Positions 8,364-16,312 of a stretch of 32,000 nt of DNA are shown here, in pieces. The position numbers were made by a program, and so were the translations under genes. This DNA comes from Geobacter metallireducens GS-15 (GTDB lineage Bacteria; Desulfobacterota; Desulfuromonadia; Geobacterales; Geobacteraceae). Under the pieces are notes generated by a model. It made no database searches, was not told where the DNA came from, and worked only from the letters and a program-made list of their open reading frames with translations. The DNA lies in assembly GCF_000012925.1 (NCBI RefSeq), contig NC_007517.1, positions 3,270,001 to 3,302,000 on the forward strand. Reading direction: 5' to 3'. Position 1 is the first letter of the stretch; every line of letters starts with the position of its first letter.

Positions 8364-9086
8364 CTACTTGATATGGCACCCGAGGCAGAGGGCGCTCCCC
8401 GCCATGGTGGAACGGAGGAACTTGGGATAGTTATAGGTAGTGTTTGTCTGCCCATGGACCGCATGGCACGAGGCGCACTCCAGGTTATTGGCAACGCCGT
8501 CTGCCTTGAACAGGGGGAATTTTTTACCGGCAAGTAGCGTGGCGTTGGCAACTATGCCGGCGTCCTTGGTCGAATCGTATACGAAGTTGACCGGATGCGA
8601 CTTGGTCAGGTCAGTACCGAAGTTCGCGCTACCGACAATTTTTGATGCAGCAGTTGTGGTATCACCACCATTCGGAATCAACGCGTTATTGGAAACCCCC
8701 ACCGGCTCGGCGCCGATCATGCTGCCGCCAAGTGCGCTGCCGTCATGGCAGCTCATGCAGAAGAGGGAGATACTGTCGGCGGTGAATCCGTTACGGGAGG
8801 GATTCGGCTTCATGTCAAAGGTCTGGGATGAGGTGTAGAGTTTGAAGCTGCTGGCGGTGTTTGTCGACGCGTTACGGTTCCACAGGGGGACCGCCTGGAC
8901 CGCATTGTGGGGGGTATGGCAGAAGACGCAGACCTGGTCGGTCTGGTTCGTACCGGGAGTGGTAAAACTCAGGTCATGCGGTGATCCCTTAATCCCCTTT
9001 ACCGTCCCAGAGGGTGCCGCACCCGAGGACGAAGCCATCCCCATCAGTGCAAGCGCTGCCAGTGTCATAAGAATCCTTCGTTTCAT
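8364..9086 (-). CDS. omcE: Tetrahaem c-type cytochrome, OmcE homologue
   Basis: 240 aa with a signal peptide. It has four CXXCH motifs (CVFCH, CMSCH, CASCH, CLGCH). Its position after ppcA-resB-ccsA-cyt-cyt-NHL matches the G. sulfurreducens GSU0612-GSU0618 order as I recall it. A strong AGGAGGAAGG RBS precedes it. Confidence 0.75.
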   Translation of the reverse strand: MKRRILMTLAALALMGMASSSGAAPSGTVKGIKGSPHDLSFTTPGTNQTDQVCVFCHTPHNAVQAVPLWNRNASTNTASSFKLYTSSQTFDMKPNPSRNGFTADSISLFCMSCHDGSALGGSMIGAEPVGVSNNALIPNGGDTTTAASKIVGSANFGTDLTKSHPVNFVYDSTKDAGIVANATLLAGKKFPLFKADGVANNLECASCHAVHGQTNTTYNYPKFLRSTMAGSALCLGCHIK

Positions 9087-9173
9087 TGTTCCTTCCTCCT
9101 CGTTATTGTGGGTTGTCGAGCACTATCCTCTGCTGTCCGTATCCCGACGGATCTCTTGTGTTACCACAACCAC

Positions 9174-9189
9174 AGCAACAACAATGCCA
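9174..9189 (-). promoter_or_regulatory. Candidate sigma-54 promoter for omcE
   Basis: The minus strand reads TGGCATTGTTGTTGCT. The GG and GC elements have the exact consensus spacing of TGGCAC-N5-TTGC. It lies ~90 nt upstream of the omcE ATG. Confidence 0.4.
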
Positions 9190-9516
9190 ACCTCAGCACT
9201 GAAACGTCGACTAGCTCCAACAAGAACCCTTCGCACCCCGGCGACCGCATCCAGTGTCTGAAATACACCATCTGCGAGCCCCACGCCCGGGATTCCCGCA
9301 CTTACCCTTTTCTTGACCGCCCCACGATTGCGGACAAAACCTTCCCCCGAAACAGTCAATCAGATGGCCCCTGTTCAGCTATTTCGCGTAAAATTTACGG
9401 AGATGAGGCGGACACCGAAACGTGGAAGTTTGGCAACTGACGAAAGCAGGTATGGAATGGAGACACAGGATCCGGCAGGCTGGAAAGGTGGAGAAGAGAG
9501 ATTTGAGCGGCACAAT

Positions 9517-9556
9517 GCGGCCCTCCACCACCCAGAGTAACGTGGTGGAGGGCCGC
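9517..9556 (-). terminator. 15-bp perfect hairpin downstream of the NHL gene (terminator-like, no U-tract)
   Basis: GCGGCCCTCCACCAC (9517-9531) pairs with GTGGTGGAGGGCCGC (9542-9556). It begins 9 nt after the stop at 9565. Confidence 0.55.
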
Positions 9557-9564
9557 TTCTGCCA

Positions 9565-10656
9565 TCAGGGAGAAGGGGTGTAGCCGGGGATGGGATTCGC
9601 CTTCAGATAGGAATCGGAAATATAGCGAAATACCTGAAAACGGCGGTTGAGTTGATCAACCACATAAATCATGTTGTCCTTGTCGATGTCGATCCCCTGG
9701 GGGATGACAAATCCGCCGGGCGCGGTCTTGCCGGTGGTAAGCGCCGAGAAGGCCCCCCCAACCGTCAGCAGATAATCGCCCGTCGTGCTGAAGATCTCGA
9801 ACTTATGCCCCTTGCCGTCGGTTACGTAGATGTTGTCGTCGGAATCAACCGCAACCCCCTTGATCAGTTGCAGGGTCCCGGGCGAATCCCCCCGCTGGCC
9901 GAACATCCTGAGGAATTTGCCATCGCTGGAGAAGATCTGGATGCGGGCATTCATGGCATCCGCCACAATGATCTCGCCTTTGTTGTTAACGGTCAGCGCA
10001 CTGGGGAAGTTGAATTCGCCGGGCTTGGTGCCGCGGTTGCCAAAGCTTGAAAGAAGCTCTCCTCTCAGGGACAACACCAGCACCTTATGCCCGCGCACGT
10101 CCAACGCCAGGAGGTGTTTCCCGATCCGGTCATAGGCAATGTCCCCTATCTTTTCAACCATTCCCTTCAAATTGATAAGCGCTGCCGGGGTTTCATCCTG
10201 ATGGAACACCATAATGGCAGCCTTCTTCGTGTCGGAGACATAAATACGTCCGTTTTCGTCGATGGCAATTCCGACCGGCTGCTCAATGCGTGCCTCGGCC
10301 TCGGCCTTGCCAAAGGGTCGCATGATATTGTTTACAAAATCGAACACATAGACTCCCGGCGCCCCCGGGTCACCCACGTAGACCTTGCCCCGGCCATCGG
10401 AACGGACGGTGATCGGCTTGGAGAGTGATATCCCTTCTTCTTCACCAATAATAGTCGTCAAGAACTTCTCAGTGGCACTCTTCGGAAAATCGTTCTGACT
10501 GCTGTAGGCATTCAGCCACTCGATGCGGGGCCGCTCGGGCAGAGGCGGCCAGAAAAAGCGCTGCTCACTCTTCACCTGCTGCCCGGCACACCCGGCAAAG
10601 AGCGCCGCCATGGCCGCCAGCACAGCAAATCTACCGATGCTTCGTATTGTTTTCAT
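9565..10656 (-). CDS. NHL-repeat beta-propeller lipoprotein
   Basis: 363 aa. It has a lipobox (LFAGC). Repeated blades follow the pattern G.F..P.GIA.D..G.IYV.D... Confidence 0.8.
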   Translation of the reverse strand: MKTIRSIGRFAVLAAMAALFAGCAGQQVKSEQRFFWPPLPERPRIEWLNAYSSQNDFPKSATEKFLTTIIGEEEGISLSKPITVRSDGRGKVYVGDPGAPGVYVFDFVNNIMRPFGKAEAEARIEQPVGIAIDENGRIYVSDTKKAAIMVFHQDETPAALINLKGMVEKIGDIAYDRIGKHLLALDVRGHKVLVLSLRGELLSSFGNRGTKPGEFNFPSALTVNNKGEIIVADAMNARIQIFSSDGKFLRMFGQRGDSPGTLQLIKGVAVDSDDNIYVTDGKGHKFEIFSTTGDYLLTVGGAFSALTTGKTAPGGFVIPQGIDIDKDNMIYVVDQLNRRFQVFRYISDSYLKANPIPGYTPSP

Positions 10657-10697
10657 ATTTTCCCCTCACTCCATGAGATTTACTGAGCAGTACTGGC

Positions 10698-10731
10698 TTT
10701 CCCGGTCCCTGGTCCCCAATCCCCAGTCCCG
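10698..10731. repeat. Heptad array C (degenerate): TTTCCC GGTCCCT GGTCCCC AATCCCC AGTCCCG
   Basis: Read directly. It has the same orientation and the same GGGAAA tail as array B. It sits in the 78-nt spacer between the octahaem gene's stop (10735) and the NHL gene's start (10656). Confidence 0.85.
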
Positions 10732-10734
10732 GCC

Positions 10735-11727
10735 TCACTTATTATGACACATCTGGCAGAGCAGCAACCGGTCCTCGGAGTTATTGACGAAGAAATACCG
10801 CGCATCACCCGCATGGGGGTTGTGGCATGAGATGCACGACATCTCCCGGCCGGTCTTGGGGGCCGACGGATCCTTTGCACCGCTCACCGGGTGCCCCGCG
10901 CCGGTGGTGGTGCGCACCACGTGGGGAGTTTTCTTGATGGATTCGTGGCACGACAGGCAGAGCTCGTTGATGGGAGCCTTGAGCTGCCCATAATTGGCGC
11001 TGCCATGGGAATCGTGGCAGACCTCGCACATCCCGCCGGCAATGGGACCGTGGATATACTTCCGCTTGGCGAACTCGGCGGCCTTGTCGCCGTGGCACTC
11101 GTTGCACAGGGGGGCCTCCCGCTTGGTCACCACGTACTTGGGCGTCGCCTTTTCCTTGTGGCAATAACCGCAGGAGTAGGTGCCGGCGGGGCCATGGACG
11201 AATTTCACGTCGAGCATTTTCCGGTGGCAGCCGATGCAGGGGTTTTCCTTGGCCAGGGTACTCAAGGACTTGTCGGATGAGGGGGCCATGTCGTGACATC
11301 CGACGCACCGGGCCTCCAAATCCGGCTGGTGAAACGAATTCGCCTTGAATTCCGGAGGGATATCGGACGCTTTGGCGCCTGGCGCGAAGTAGACCGATGC
11401 CTGGGCCGTTTCCGCGCGGCTCTTGCCGATGAACGTTTCCACTGTCACTTCGTTGCGGCCACGATCCCACACCGGTTGCACAATAAGAAAATCCTGGAAG
11501 GCCCGTCGGTACTCCGGCGAGCCGACCACGAGGAGATCGCTGACAACTCCGTTCACCCCGATCCGGACGCCGGTGACCTCGGTACTGTTCAGCTTGAGAA
11601 TCAGATGATTGGAGTTCTCGACCCAGGCATTCGGCGCGGGATAGATAAAGGAGACCCCCCCGAACGCCACGGCTGCCCACCCGAGAAACACCGCTGTCAC
11701 GACTCCTGTTATCCCTCTCCGGGACAT
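10735..11727 (-). CDS. Octahaem c-type cytochrome with an N-terminal non-haem domain
   Basis: ORF 10735..11922. A start at ATG 11727 has a GGAGG RBS and gives the signal/anchor MSRRGITGVVTAVFLGWAAVAFG. There are eight CXXCH motifs in the C-terminal ~200 aa. Confidence 0.85.
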   Translation of the reverse strand: MSRRGITGVVTAVFLGWAAVAFGGVSFIYPAPNAWVENSNHLILKLNSTEVTGVRIGVNGVVSDLLVVGSPEYRRAFQDFLIVQPVWDRGRNEVTVETFIGKSRAETAQASVYFAPGAKASDIPPEFKANSFHQPDLEARCVGCHDMAPSSDKSLSTLAKENPCIGCHRKMLDVKFVHGPAGTYSCGYCHKEKATPKYVVTKREAPLCNECHGDKAAEFAKRKYIHGPIAGGMCEVCHDSHGSANYGQLKAPINELCLSCHESIKKTPHVVRTTTGAGHPVSGAKDPSAPKTGREMSCISCHNPHAGDARYFFVNNSEDRLLLCQMCHNK

Positions 11728-11738
11728 GGTTCCTCCAT

Positions 11739-12749
11739 CTAGGGATTTCTCACTGCCCGAAGACGGTCGTATGACTTGGGCTTGTGACACCCTGCAACAC
11801 AGGTGCCGCCGGTATCGGTTTTCGTATAACGGATGGGAATCTCCCACGTGCCGAAACCGGGAATCCTCTCCTTGATGAGCCGCGGCTGCAATGCCGCATG
11901 GGGATCGTGACAGGTCTTGCACGAACGTCCCTTGTCGGGCTTGTTGATGTGAAGATTGTGCAGGTTACGGTCGCCGTTACGGAATCCGGTGATGGTATCG
12001 GTACGCTTGTCCTGGGCAAGATCCTTTGTGTGACAGTCGAAGCAGAGGGCGAAGTTTTCCTGGGCATAGGGGAGATAGAACTGTTCGGGAAAAGCGTTTT
12101 TCAGAATCTTGTAAAAGGGCGAACCGTGAGGGGCGTGACAGTCGGTACACCCCCCTGCGGCTACCGGACCATGAATTGACACCCCCTCTGCCATTTTTTT
12201 GTCATGGCAGATAAAACAGAGCCCGGCGCCACTCCCCTTGAGGAGCGCACGATTATCGGACTGATGAGGATCGTGGCACCCGAGGCATGAGCCCTCAGCC
12301 ACCGGCGCATGCCGATGCGTTGCCTTGAATTTTTCCTCATCATGGCAGCCGAAGCAGAGCGCTGCCCCGTCCGCCTTGAGCTGCATCCGGTAGGGGGACT
12401 GGTGCACATCGTGGCAATCGAGACATGCCCCCTTGGCTACAGGCGGGTGAACCACCTTCTTGTCCGCCTTTCCTTCGTGGCAGACGGAGCACAGCTTCGC
12501 CCCCTCGGCAACAAGTCGGAACGCTCCGCGCTGTTTCGGATGCTCCAGGCCGGTGGGGTTATGGCAGGAGATACAGTCGTCGGACCCCACGGGGCCATGC
12601 ACAAAAGCCTCCCGCACCTTGCTCTTATGGCAGCGGGTATTGCAGCCGTCGGGCACGCCAGGCAGGGAAGATGCTGCCGCAAAGCCGCCCGTCAACAGCA
12701 GCCAGAATGCGGCTGCAGTAACGGAAAGGAAGAGAGGGGATGCTGTCAT
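11739..12749 (-). CDS. Multihaem c-type cytochrome (9 CXXCH plus 2 CX3CH motifs)
   Basis: ORF 11739..12863. A start at ATG 12749 gives the signal peptide MTASPLFLSVTAAAFWLLLTGGFAAASS. The motifs in order are CNTRCH, nine CXXCH, then CVAGCH. Confidence 0.85.
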   Translation of the reverse strand: MTASPLFLSVTAAAFWLLLTGGFAAASSLPGVPDGCNTRCHKSKVREAFVHGPVGSDDCISCHNPTGLEHPKQRGAFRLVAEGAKLCSVCHEGKADKKVVHPPVAKGACLDCHDVHQSPYRMQLKADGAALCFGCHDEEKFKATHRHAPVAEGSCLGCHDPHQSDNRALLKGSGAGLCFICHDKKMAEGVSIHGPVAAGGCTDCHAPHGSPFYKILKNAFPEQFYLPYAQENFALCFDCHTKDLAQDKRTDTITGFRNGDRNLHNLHINKPDKGRSCKTCHDPHAALQPRLIKERIPGFGTWEIPIRYTKTDTGGTCVAGCHKPKSYDRLRAVRNP

Positions 12750-12863
12750 AGGACCAGGCTCGGCTCCGGGGAGTAATCTAGGGAATGTGCCATTGGAGTT
12801 TACGTGGGCCACACCCCGCCGTAGCTCTTGATGCAAAATGGCTGCCGTCCAGAGGCGCGACAC

Positions 12864-12897
12864 AAAAAACCCGGCCTGTGAAATATCGCAGTCCGGG
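12864..12897 (-). terminator. Rho-independent terminator after ccsA
   Basis: On the minus strand: CCCGGACTG-loop-CAGGCCGGG (one mismatch) followed by TTTTTTG. Confidence 0.65.
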
Positions 12898-12925
12898 CAT
12901 GGAGAGGTGATTCCCTTTGAGAAGG

Positions 12926-13780
12926 CTACCCTCCTCCACCGTAGCTGTGGAGCCCGGAAAGGAAAAGGTTAACCCCGAGATAGCAGAAAATTGTTGCGGC
13001 AAATCCGACAATGGAAAGGATGGCCGCCTTCTTGCCGACCCACCCGCGGGTGAAGCGGGCATGGAGGAAAGCAGCGTAGATGAACCAGACGATGAGGGAC
13101 CAGGTTTCCTTCGGGTCCCAGCTCCAGTAGGTACCCCAGGCGTAGTTGGCCCAGGCGGCGCCGGTTATGATGCCGAGAGTAAGGAGCGGAAAGCCGATGA
13201 TGATCGCCTTATAGTTAAGGTCATCGAGAATCTTGATGGAGGGAAACATGGCGATTATTCCGCCGGACTGGGCGCTCCCCGCCGACTCATCCTTGCCCGC
13301 CTTGATCAGGTACATGATAGAGATGCCGCAGGCCACCGCGAAAGCGGCATACCCCAGGAAGCAGGTAATGACGTGGTAGAGGAGCCAGTTGCTCTGCAGC
13401 GCCGGCACCAGCGGCTGGATGCCGCTGTCCATCCCCAACTGGGCCCAGGCCATACCGAGAAGAGCAAAGGGAACCACGAAGGCGCCCACGACCCGGTATT
13501 TGTACTTGAGATCAATGATTCCGAAGATAAGGATGATGGTCCAGGCGAAAAAGACGACCGACTCGTAGAGGTTCGAGAGGGGGGCATGGCCCATCCCGAT
13601 GTCATAGGACTCCTTCCAGCGAAGCAGAATCGCGGCGGAGTGGACGATGAAGCCAAAGTATGCCGCCAGACTTCCGACAAGTCCCACGGACTTCCCCTTC
13701 ACCGCCAGGAAGGTGAAGAAGGCGAGCATGGAAATCAGATAGGAAAAAGTTGCGATATTGAACAGCATGGAACTGGTCAT
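12926..13780 (-). CDS. ccsA: System II cytochrome c biogenesis protein CcsA/ResC
   Basis: 284 aa, polytopic. It carries the WWD haem-handling motif WGTYWSWDPKETWSL. Confidence 0.9.
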   Translation of the reverse strand: MTSSMLFNIATFSYLISMLAFFTFLAVKGKSVGLVGSLAAYFGFIVHSAAILLRWKESYDIGMGHAPLSNLYESVVFFAWTIILIFGIIDLKYKYRVVGAFVVPFALLGMAWAQLGMDSGIQPLVPALQSNWLLYHVITCFLGYAAFAVACGISIMYLIKAGKDESAGSAQSGGIIAMFPSIKILDDLNYKAIIIGFPLLTLGIITGAAWANYAWGTYWSWDPKETWSLIVWFIYAAFLHARFTRGWVGKKAAILSIVGFAATIFCYLGVNLFLSGLHSYGGGG

Positions 13781-13798
13781 TGAGTGGTCCTCCGCCTG

Positions 13799-15157
13799 TT
13801 ACTGTTGTTTCAGCTTGTCGACCAGCGCGTCAAAAGCAAGCTGGAAGCCCGGTTGGTTCTTGTTTGCGCTGCCGCCAAGGGTGACCTCCCCCTTGCGCAC
13901 CCGAATCCAGATACGCCTGTGGGACATGAAGAATGCCATGCAGCAGCCGGCAACCATGAGGAAACAACCGGCCCAGACGACCCACACCCCAGGATCTTTG
14001 GCCACCTGTAGCCCGGTAAACATTTTTTCTTCGGAGCCGTCATAACTGAAGATCAGGTCGCCGCCACGCTGGGCATCGAACTCGGGGTAATTTTGAAAGA
14101 CAATGAAGACCTGGGGGGCGCCGCCTCCCTTGGGGGTCACTTCGATTCTCGCGGCCGGCCCCTGGAACTGGGGAATGAACTTGCTCACCTCCTGGGCAAC
14201 CTCGAGAACCTGCATGGTTGAGCCGTCGGAAAGGACTTTCCGCTCACCCTGCTGGATCGAAATCTTTGCCGGCGCGCCACCTTTGCGTTCACGTACCGTG
14301 AAGAAGTAGAGCCCCGCCCCCTCGGCCGGCCTGTAGCTCGCCTGGTAGAAGGTAATCCCCTTGTAGGTAAGCGGATCGTTGACGATGACCGGCCGCTTGT
14401 CGAACACCACCTTGCCGCCGTCGATAACGGTCAGGAGACTCTTGAACTCCTTCGGAGCTCCGGTATCGTAGTATGAAACCGTGAATTTATCGCACCGGAC
14501 GGTGAAGCCGAGATCAATCGGCTTCATGTCCGCACGGTTGTGAACGACCGACGTGCTGGTGCCCTCGGCGATTTCGACGTAGGCCTTGTACCCGAAGAAT
14601 GAGCCGATGAGTGCTCCGATAAAGATGACGATAATGCTCAGGTGGACCACATAGACCCCGAGCCGGCTGTAGGGAGTCTTCTGGGCAAAGAGGTGGAACT
14701 CGCCATCCCGCTCGGTCACCACCGGTGCGGCAAATTCACCCTTGAGGAAGGCTACCATCTTGTCCCGAAGCGATGCTGCATCGCCATTCATCTTGAAGTC
14801 GTGGGTCAGGCTCAATGTTTTTTCAAATTTGTCATCCATGACCAGGGTAGGCTCGGAAATGGCCTTCCAGACCCGCGGCAGACGCTTGATGGAACAGGCA
14901 ACAATATTGACCGTAAAGAGATAGAGCAGGAGGATGAACCACCAGGAGTGGTACATGTCGAAAAAGCCGAGTGCCTGGTAGAACTTGTGTTTCCCCTCGC
15001 TGATCGTCTGAAGATACTCGGGGGGGGGAGGCCCTTGGGGAATGATCGTGCCGATGATCGATGTGGCTGCCAACAGGATAAGAAGGGATATGGCAAGCTT
15101 AAGAGAGCAGAAGAAATCCCAGAGGGTTTCCAAAAAGCCGCGATTGCTGGTTGTCAA
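13799..15157 (-). CDS. resB: System II cytochrome c biogenesis protein ResB/CcsB
   Basis: 452 aa. It has N-terminal TM helices, a large soluble domain and a C-terminal TM, and it is paired with ccsA. The start is TTG 15157, with GGGAG upstream. Confidence 0.85.
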   Translation of the reverse strand: MTTSNRGFLETLWDFFCSLKLAISLLILLAATSIIGTIIPQGPPPPEYLQTISEGKHKFYQALGFFDMYHSWWFILLLYLFTVNIVACSIKRLPRVWKAISEPTLVMDDKFEKTLSLTHDFKMNGDAASLRDKMVAFLKGEFAAPVVTERDGEFHLFAQKTPYSRLGVYVVHLSIIVIFIGALIGSFFGYKAYVEIAEGTSTSVVHNRADMKPIDLGFTVRCDKFTVSYYDTGAPKEFKSLLTVIDGGKVVFDKRPVIVNDPLTYKGITFYQASYRPAEGAGLYFFTVRERKGGAPAKISIQQGERKVLSDGSTMQVLEVAQEVSKFIPQFQGPAARIEVTPKGGGAPQVFIVFQNYPEFDAQRGGDLIFSYDGSEEKMFTGLQVAKDPGVWVVWAGCFLMVAGCCMAFFMSHRRIWIRVRKGEVTLGGSANKNQPGFQLAFDALVDKLKQQ

Positions 15158-15271
15158 CGTAACGCTCCCAGGTTCCTATGGATTTTGTCAAAAAAAATGT
15201 CCTCGCGGACGGGACTCATTATAAGCAAAGTTCGCGTCAAAAAACAAATATTTAATTTTTTCTCATATAAG

Positions 15272-15317
15272 ATCAACAAAAAAGAAAGGGGATAACTGTC
15301 GTCCGTTATCCCCTTTC
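15272..15317 (-). terminator. Rho-independent terminator of ppcA
   Basis: On the minus strand: GAAAGGGGATAAC-ggacgaca-GTTATCCCCTTTC followed by TTTTTTG. Confidence 0.85.
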
Positions 15318-15350
15318 CGTTACCGCTGGTAACGCCGGATTGCTACACCA

Positions 15351-15623
15351 TTACTTCTTGTGGCAATCGCCGCACTTGGTCGGCCCCTTCTTCATTTCTT
15401 CGTGGCAGCCCTTGCAAGTCTTGTGAGCCCAATCCTTGCCAAAGCCCTCGATCTTGCCCGGGCCCTTCTCGTGGCACTTCTTGCAGTTGCCCACCACTTG
15501 CTGGTGCTTTTTGTGCGGGAACTTGACGTCCCCGTTCTTTGCCTTGAAGGTAAGCTCGTCAGCGGCGAAGGCAAGGCCGGCGCAGAAGACGGACAGGGCA
15601 AGAGATGCGATGATTCTTTTCAT
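15351..15623 (-). CDS. ppcA: Periplasmic triheme cytochrome c7, PpcA
   Basis: 90 aa with a signal peptide. It has three CXXCH motifs. It is near-identical in pattern to Geobacter PpcA (KAKNGDVKFPHK.H, CHEKGPGKIEGFGK, CKGCHEEMKKGPTKCG.CHKK). Confidence 0.95.
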   Translation of the reverse strand: MKRIIASLALSVFCAGLAFAADELTFKAKNGDVKFPHKKHQQVVGNCKKCHEKGPGKIEGFGKDWAHKTCKGCHEEMKKGPTKCGDCHKK

Positions 15624-15670
15624 TGGTGTACCCCCTTTTGCTTGAAGCGTTTGTAAAAAACCGTCAGAAA

Positions 15671-15698
15671 CTTATACCCGAGCAATTTTGTTTGTCAA
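15671..15698 (-). promoter_or_regulatory. Candidate sigma-70 promoter of ppcA
   Basis: The minus strand reads TTGACA-16 nt-TATAAG, about 45 nt upstream of the ATG. Confidence 0.55.
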
Positions 15699-15762
15699 GA
15701 GTAACCCTGCAAGTCAAAAAGTTGTTCATTCAGGTTGAATTACACACAACTAACACAACAGG

Positions 15763-16272
15763 CTAGGATCTGCGCAATCGCTCCTGGAGAGCGTTGTCCT
15801 TCGCCTCCACCTCGTCGGCCATGGCCTGCTTGTGGGCAACAAGCTCCGCGGTGAGCGCCGGGTCGCCGAGGGCAATGATCTGCACCGCAAGAAGTCCTGC
15901 GTTTTTGGCCCCAGCCTTGCCGATGGCCATGGTGGCCACGGGAATTCCGCCCGGCATCTGGACCATGGCGTAGAGGGCATCGACGCCGTTAAGGGCTCCG
16001 CCGGGGATCGGCACGGCGATCACCGGCAGAACGGTATCGGCGGCGATGACCCCGGCCAGGTGGGCAGCCATGCCGGCACCGGCGATGATCGCCTTGACCC
16101 CCCTTGCCGCAGCGCCTGCAGCCAGTGCCGCAGCCTTCTTCGGCGAACGGTGGGCCGAGGCGACGCGCATCTCCCACGCCACACCGAACTCGTCGAGAAC
16201 CTTCGCGGCCTCCTCCATGATAGAGAGGTCCGAATCGCTCCCCATGACAATAAGAACCTGTGGATTACCCAT
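15763..16272 (-). CDS. purE: N5-carboxyaminoimidazole ribonucleotide mutase
   Basis: 169 aa with the motifs VMGSDSD, SAHRSP and AGMAAHLAG. Confidence 0.95.
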   Translation of the reverse strand: MGNPQVLIVMGSDSDLSIMEEAAKVLDEFGVAWEMRVASAHRSPKKAAALAAGAAARGVKAIIAGAGMAAHLAGVIAADTVLPVIAVPIPGGALNGVDALYAMVQMPGGIPVATMAIGKAGAKNAGLLAVQIIALGDPALTAELVAHKQAMADEVEAKDNALQERLRRS

Positions 16273-16312
16273 ACGTACCCCTAGTGTATGCAGTCTCGAT
16301 TCCGTGCGCCGG

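Noticed and set aside
8236-8379. N-terminal extensions of several ORFs: barrel to 8379, octahaem to 11922, large cytochrome to 12863, Fe-S protein to 29453, alr to 22705, pseudo-receiver to 30231 and regulator to 816.
   Set aside because: In each case an internal ATG is preceded by a Shine-Dalgarno sequence. For the exported proteins (barrel, octahaem, large cytochrome) this start is followed by a signal peptide, and for the others it yields the family-typical N-terminus. The extensions also run through terminators or neighbouring genes.
9087-9520. A GEMM-I c-di-GMP/cGAMP riboswitch in the omcE 5' region.
   Set aside because: I could not find the paired P1/P2 hairpins with the GNRA tetraloop/receptor or the conserved ACGCACAGGGCAAACC/GGGACGCAAAGCC-like cores on the minus strand.
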